Part shown: positions 25,499 through 29,803 of the stretch, in pieces
Layout of the letters: every line of letters begins with the position of its first letter
How positions within the stretch are numbered: position 1 is the stretch's first letter
DNA from: a virus
Taxonomy: Duplodnaviria > Caudoviricetes
Strand: one strand, 5' to 3'
Length of the DNA: 29,803 bases
IMG/VR virus record: IMGVR_UViG_3300005804_000117
Coordinates: 1 to 29,803 of that record
Made by a program: the position numbers and the translations under genes
The notes under the pieces: generated by a model
What the model was told of the DNA's origin: nothing
The model's database searches: none
What the model saw: only the letters and a program-made list of their open reading frames with translations

Positions 25499-25535
25499 GG
25501 AAGGTTCGAGGAACGGGGATCGAGGGAAAACCTGA

Positions 25536-28500
25536 ATGGGTGAGAATAAGGTTCAGATTGTCATAGAGGCCCGGGACGCCTTCAGTCGCATTTTTAATGC
25601 GGCCGTCGAAGCGTTCAACGAATTGGTGCGCGTCGGCGATCGCGTCAGTAACCGGTTGAGTAACGACTTCAAAACTCTAAACCTCGGGACCGCATTAGAT
25701 ATTGAGAAAGAGAAGGTCAAACTCACGTCTGACTTCGGTCAGATCGAAAAAGCAGGGGTAACCTCCGCACAGGAGATCAAACGTGAGCAGCAGGCTCTGA
25801 AGGGTCAACTCTCCGAAGTGGATAAGGAGCTGAAGGGCAACGTCGGCAGCGTTCTGTCCCTGAAGGGCGCAGCCGGCGCATTATCAGGGGCGCTTGCCAC
25901 CGTGGGGATAGGCGCGCTGGCAAAGGACGCCATCAACGCCGCCCTGCAGCTTCAGAAAATGGAGACCGCGTTCCGCTCCGTTGCCGGGGTCAATGCCGGC
26001 AGGGAGCTGGCTTTCGTTCGCGAGGAAGCGAACCGTCTCGGGTTAGACCTCGGGTCGGCTGCCGGTGAATACGGCAAGCTGGCCGCCGCCGCCAAAGGTA
26101 CGGCCCTGGAAGGGGAAGAGACCCGCCGGGTCTTCACGGCGGTTTCCGAGGCTGCCACGGCCCTGGGTTTGTCCGGTGAGGAGACCTCGGGCGCGCTCAA
26201 TGCCCTTCAGCAGATGATCTCTAAGGGTAAGGTTTCCGCCGAGGAGCTTCGGCAGCAACTGGGCGAGAGGCTTCCCGGCGCGTTCCAGCTCGCGGCCAAG
26301 GCCATGGGGGTCTCAACGGCCGAACTTGACAAGATGATGGAGCAGGGGCAACTCACCGCCGACGACCTGCTCCCCAAGCTGGCGGCGGCCCTGCACGATA
26401 CCTACGGTGTCGCCGCGCTCGAGGCGTCTGAAAAAGGCCAGGCAGCCATTAACCGCTTCAATAACGAGCTGTTGCTGACAAAGGCAGCGGTCGGTGAGTC
26501 GCTGATGCCGGCACTTACTGATATTTTGAAGGGGATGAAGCCGATTTCCGAAGGGCTTATGTGGCTGTTGAATGGTTTCGCATCCCTCGGACCTTTGTTG
26601 GGGATGATTATAGACAAGATGTCGGCACTGGCCAGGGCGCCCCTTGATGGTTTTGACGCGACCAAGAAGCGGATGGAGGAAATCGAGAATAACTTTTATG
26701 CCATTGTTGGCGACATCCAGAGACGATACAACGGTCATGTCGAAAGCTCCAAGAAGACCGACAAGGAACAGACTGACGAGCAGGAGCGCAATGCCGAGCG
26801 CCGTGCCGAGGCCGCTAAGAAGTCGGCCATATCGCAGGCGAAGTCGGCCGAAACGTACGCCAAGGCGATAGGAGACACCGACAAGGAACTGACCGCGGTA
26901 TATGAAAAGGCGTATCAGGACCGGGTGGCCAAAGTCGAAGCGTTTTATGACGAGCAGATTAAGACGGCCGGGAATAATAAGGCCTTGCTCCAGGATATCG
27001 AAATCGCCAAGTTCAACGATTTGAACCGTCTGGCCGAGCAGCATAAGGCAGACGATGTACTGAAGGAATTGGACAAGCAGTCCGCCGTTCTTGCAACGGC
27101 CCGGAAGGGCGGCGAGGACCGCATCGCACTCATTGAACTACAGATCGCGCAGAGGATAAGATCTGAGGCCGATGGCGCTGCCGAAATCCTGGGAATCCGG
27201 CGCAAACAGGCGGATGACGAATACAAGCTGGCTGAAGCCAGGTTCAACAAGGTGGCTGAGGTATATGACGCCGACTCCGAGCAGTACGTCAAGGCCCAGG
27301 AGGCCAAGCTGCAAGCCGCTACGAATTTGACCCAGGCGGAAAACGACTTGGCACGAGAGGCGGCCGAGGCCCGGCGCGAAGTATTGGAAAAATCCTCTCT
27401 GGACTACGAGCTCGAGCTAAAAAAAAGGCTCGACTGGCTCCGGGACTCGGAGCGGGATGGGCTCATCACCCATCAGCAGGCTGTCCGTGACAAGTTGGAG
27501 GCGGAAAGGGATTACCTCGCCAGGATAGCCGAACTGCGCGGCCGGGAGCTGGCCAATGAATTGCCCGACACGGTCGAATACAAGCGAGCCCTCGCGGAAA
27601 AATACCAGGCCGACCGTGAATACTACGAGGCAAAGAAGGCCTTGGACGACCAGATCAATGCCGAGATCCTCGGCAGGTACCAGCGTGAGGCCGCCGAGGC
27701 CGAAGCGACATCCAAGAAAGAACAGACATCATTCCATTCGTTCGCCGAATGGTTCTATGCGCAGTGGGACGGAATAACGAACCGGGTGGTATCGCTGGGG
27801 CCGAAGGTTGCCGCGGCATTCGGCGTGTCGGTCAAGCAAACCGCCCTGGATACGGTCGACGGGCTCCGGGTCAAGCTGGAAGAGGTTGCCGCTGCTGTCC
27901 GCAAAGCTGACGAGGCATCCCGGGACTGGTTCCAGTTTGGCAGGATGCTTGGGGACCACGCTGAGAAGGCCGAGCAGCTTACCTACCGCTACTACTCCCA
28001 GCGCCTGGCCGTGGCGGAACTGACCGAACAACTGAAGGCCATGGGGCTGGCCACCTCGTGGCAAGTCGAGCGCGCAAACGGTCTCATCAGGCAGATGGAT
28101 CTGCTGGACGAGGCAGACCTGGCCGGGGTCCGCTCGGAGGTGGACCGGCTGACGGAATCCTTGAAGGAGGCCCAGGAGCAGGCCGAAGACACGGTTGACA
28201 GCCTCAGGGACGAACTGGACGAGATGCTTGGCAACAGGACCGCCATCGAAGAGCGGGACTACCAGGCCAAGAAGGATGATCTTATGGCCAAGCTGGCTGA
28301 TGCCCAAGCCGCCGGCAACCTGGCGATCGTCCAGGAGTACAATGAGGCATTGAGACTTCTGGAGGAGATTCACCAGAGGAAACTGGCTAACATAAAGGCC
28401 GAGGCTGAGGCTGCCAGGAAGGCCCGGGAGGAATCGGCCTCCGGCTCTGCGTCGTTAGGGACGATCCCTGGCTTCGCCGGCGGCGGTCGCTTTCCGGGAC

Positions 28501-28883
28501 CGGATTCTCCGGTGGACAACCTGATAGTTGCGGTACGCTCCGGAGAGTGGGGCATTAGGAACGAGGCGGTCAAGTTCTGGGAAAGCAACGTCGGCCGGGG
28601 CTTCATGGCCGGGATAAACGACCCGCTCTCGGCGGCGGGCCGCCAGATTTGGGAGCGGCTGAAGGCAAGGGCCTCGGGATGGAAGGATTATCTGTACATC
28701 CCGACTCCTCGGGTCAGCTTTGCGACCGGCGGCTCGTTCGCAGATGCGGCCTCGCTCCAGGGAGGCAGAGGGGCGAGTGGCGGGCATACGTTCAATTTTT
28801 ACAACACTGGCCCGGTGGACAAGAAGTTTGTTCGGCGGGAAGTGATTCCGGAGCTGGAGCGGCACGAGAGGTTGAAGAAATAA
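25536..28883 (+). CDS. Tape measure protein
   Basis: Tape-measure domain ALQQMISKGKVSAEELRQQLGERLPGAF, long coiled coil, C-terminal FAGGG / FATGG motifs. Confidence 0.92.
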   Translation: MGENKVQIVIEARDAFSRIFNAAVEAFNELVRVGDRVSNRLSNDFKTLNLGTALDIEKEKVKLTSDFGQIEKAGVTSAQEIKREQQALKGQLSEVDKELKGNVGSVLSLKGAAGALSGALATVGIGALAKDAINAALQLQKMETAFRSVAGVNAGRELAFVREEANRLGLDLGSAAGEYGKLAAAAKGTALEGEETRRVFTAVSEAATALGLSGEETSGALNALQQMISKGKVSAEELRQQLGERLPGAFQLAAKAMGVSTAELDKMMEQGQLTADDLLPKLAAALHDTYGVAALEASEKGQAAINRFNNELLLTKAAVGESLMPALTDILKGMKPISEGLMWLLNGFASLGPLLGMIIDKMSALARAPLDGFDATKKRMEEIENNFYAIVGDIQRRYNGHVESSKKTDKEQTDEQERNAERRAEAAKKSAISQAKSAETYAKAIGDTDKELTAVYEKAYQDRVAKVEAFYDEQIKTAGNNKALLQDIEIAKFNDLNRLAEQHKADDVLKELDKQSAVLATARKGGEDRIALIELQIAQRIRSEADGAAEILGIRRKQADDEYKLAEARFNKVAEVYDADSEQYVKAQEAKLQAATNLTQAENDLAREAAEARREVLEKSSLDYELELKKRLDWLRDSERDGLITHQQAVRDKLEAERDYLARIAELRGRELANELPDTVEYKRALAEKYQADREYYEAKKALDDQINAEILGRYQREAAEAEATSKKEQTSFHSFAEWFYAQWDGITNRVVSLGPKVAAAFGVSVKQTALDTVDGLRVKLEEVAAAVRKADEASRDWFQFGRMLGDHAEKAEQLTYRYYSQRLAVAELTEQLKAMGLATSWQVERANGLIRQMDLLDEADLAGVRSEVDRLTESLKEAQEQAEDTVDSLRDELDEMLGNRTAIEERDYQAKKDDLMAKLADAQAAGNLAIVQEYNEALRLLEEIHQRKLANIKAEAEAARKAREESASGSASLGTIPGFAGGGRFPGPDSPVDNLIVAVRSGEWGIRNEAVKFWESNVGRGFMAGINDPLSAAGRQIWERLKARASGWKDYLYIPTPRVSFATGGSFADAASLQGGRGASGGHTFNFYNTGPVDKKFVRREVIPELERHERLKK

Positions 28884-28987
28884 GGAGAAGAGGCAGCGAC
28901 GGGACCATGCGCCAACATGGCCCCGCCGCCAGCACACTGAGCAAAGCAGTGAGCCGACCCAAGGCTGCCCCACCACGTCGACGCGGC
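28880..28987 (-). ncRNA. Candidate ~105-nt antisense RNA to the methylase leader
   Basis: Three hairpins; the A-C mismatches on + become G-U pairs on -. Ends in a long stem plus pyrimidine tail (CUCUUCUCCUU). Confidence 0.55.
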
Positions 28988-28993
28988 GGAGTG

Positions 28994-29022
28994 AGCCTAA
29001 CAAATCTTGTTTGGTTAATCAA
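28994..29022 (-). promoter_or_regulatory. sigma70-type antisense promoter overlapping the methylase RBS region
   Basis: - strand TTGATT (29022-29017), 17-bp spacer, TGn-extended TAGGCT (28999-28994). Confidence 0.6.
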
Positions 29023-29032
29023 GGGGGCTCAC

Positions 29033-29803
29033 ATGAAACATTATCCTATACTGGCCTGGCCCGGCGGCAAGCGCAGGCTGGCCAAGAAGCTGTTGCCGCT
29101 GATTAACGGCAGGCCGCATACCTGCTACGTCGAAGAGTTCGCCGGCGGCGGCTCGATGTTCTTTCTCAAACAACCGAGTGAGGTCGAGGTCCTGAACGAT
29201 ATCAACGTCGACGTGGCCAACCTGAACCGGGTCGTTAAACACCACCTTGAAGAACTGTTAAAGCAGTTCCGATGGGCGCTGGCAAGCAGGCACCTGTTCG
29301 AGCTGGAAAAGGCGACTCCGCCCGAGGTTCTGACAGACATCCAGCGGGCAGCAAGGTTCCTGTATATTCAGAAGCTCTCCTTCGGCGCGAAAGTTACCGG
29401 ACAGACATTCGGCATATCCCCCAGCTCGCCACCCCGGTTCAATATCCTCCGCCTCGAGGAGGATCTCAGTCAGGCCCATGTGAGACTGTCCAGGGTTTGG
29501 ATAGAAAACCTCGATTGGCACACGTGCCTGAAACGGTGGGACCGCGACTATACATTGCATTTCCTTGACCCGCCCTACTGGGAAACCGAAGGCTACGGCG
29601 TCCCGTTCCCCCTGGTGGAATACGAGAAGATCGCCGAGGCCATGCGCACCATGAAAGGCAGCGCCATCCTGACAATCAACGACCACCCTGAGATGCGGCG
29701 CATCTTCAAAGGCTTCCCGGCTGATACTGTGGGAATCAATTACACCATCGGCGGTGCCGGCACCGGCAAAGGCAGGCGGGAATTGATATACAGGAACTGG
29801 TAG
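29033..29803 (+). CDS. DNA adenine methyltransferase, D12 class (Dam-like), at the mom position
   Basis: WPGGKRRLA, YVEEFAGGG, EVLNDIN, FLDPPY, INDHP motifs; AAGGGGG RBS. Confidence 0.93.
   Translation: MKHYPILAWPGGKRRLAKKLLPLINGRPHTCYVEEFAGGGSMFFLKQPSEVEVLNDINVDVANLNRVVKHHLEELLKQFRWALASRHLFELEKATPPEVLTDIQRAARFLYIQKLSFGAKVTGQTFGISPSSPPRFNILRLEEDLSQAHVRLSRVWIENLDWHTCLKRWDRDYTLHFLDPPYWETEGYGVPFPLVEYEKIAEAMRTMKGSAILTINDHPEMRRIFKGFPADTVGINYTIGGAGTGKGRRELIYRNW

Larger units (their letters stand above)
1..29803 (+). mobile_element. Mu-like transposable prophage/phage, partial (middle and late regions)
   Basis: gemA-mor-lysis-gp25..gp31-I-head-gp36/37-tail-methylase gene order. Confidence 0.93.

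Noticed and set aside
28649-29032. 384-aa version of the methylase in the ORF track
   Set aside because: Overlaps the tape measure gene by 235 nt with low-complexity sequence; methylase motifs begin at ATG 29033, which has an RBS.

Overview
The window is the right-hand ~30 kb of a Mu-like (transposable) prophage or phage with a non-contractile tail; all credible genes are on the + strand. Order: end of the semi-essential region, gemA, a mor/C-type activator, a 1.1-kb accessory insert, lysis genes, Mu gp25-gp31-like packaging and head genes, protease I/scaffold, a lambda-type decoration and major capsid pair, neck, tail tube, tail tip and fibre genes, a displaced tape measure gene, and a terminal D12-class DNA adenine methylase at the position of Mu mom. 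The repressor, transposase and phage ends lie outside the window. A Geobacter/Desulfuromonadales-like host is only a guess from high GC and REP types. Top candidates for new biology: (1) three single-ORF cassettes bounded by four attC-like sites, inverted relative to the ORFs, with complementary cassette ends and no integrase (2977-4065); (2) two minus-strand sigma70-type promoters driving structured antisense RNAs, one behind the MuF nuclease toxin where an immunity ORF would be expected and one over the methylase leader where Mu has com; (3) a late-promoter RNA with an anti-Shine-Dalgarno loop; (4) signal-peptide-like leaders on both the major capsid protein and the large terminase; (5) a Mor protein with a duplicated dimerisation domain. 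Protein calls rest on motif recognition and gene order by eye; no database search was run.
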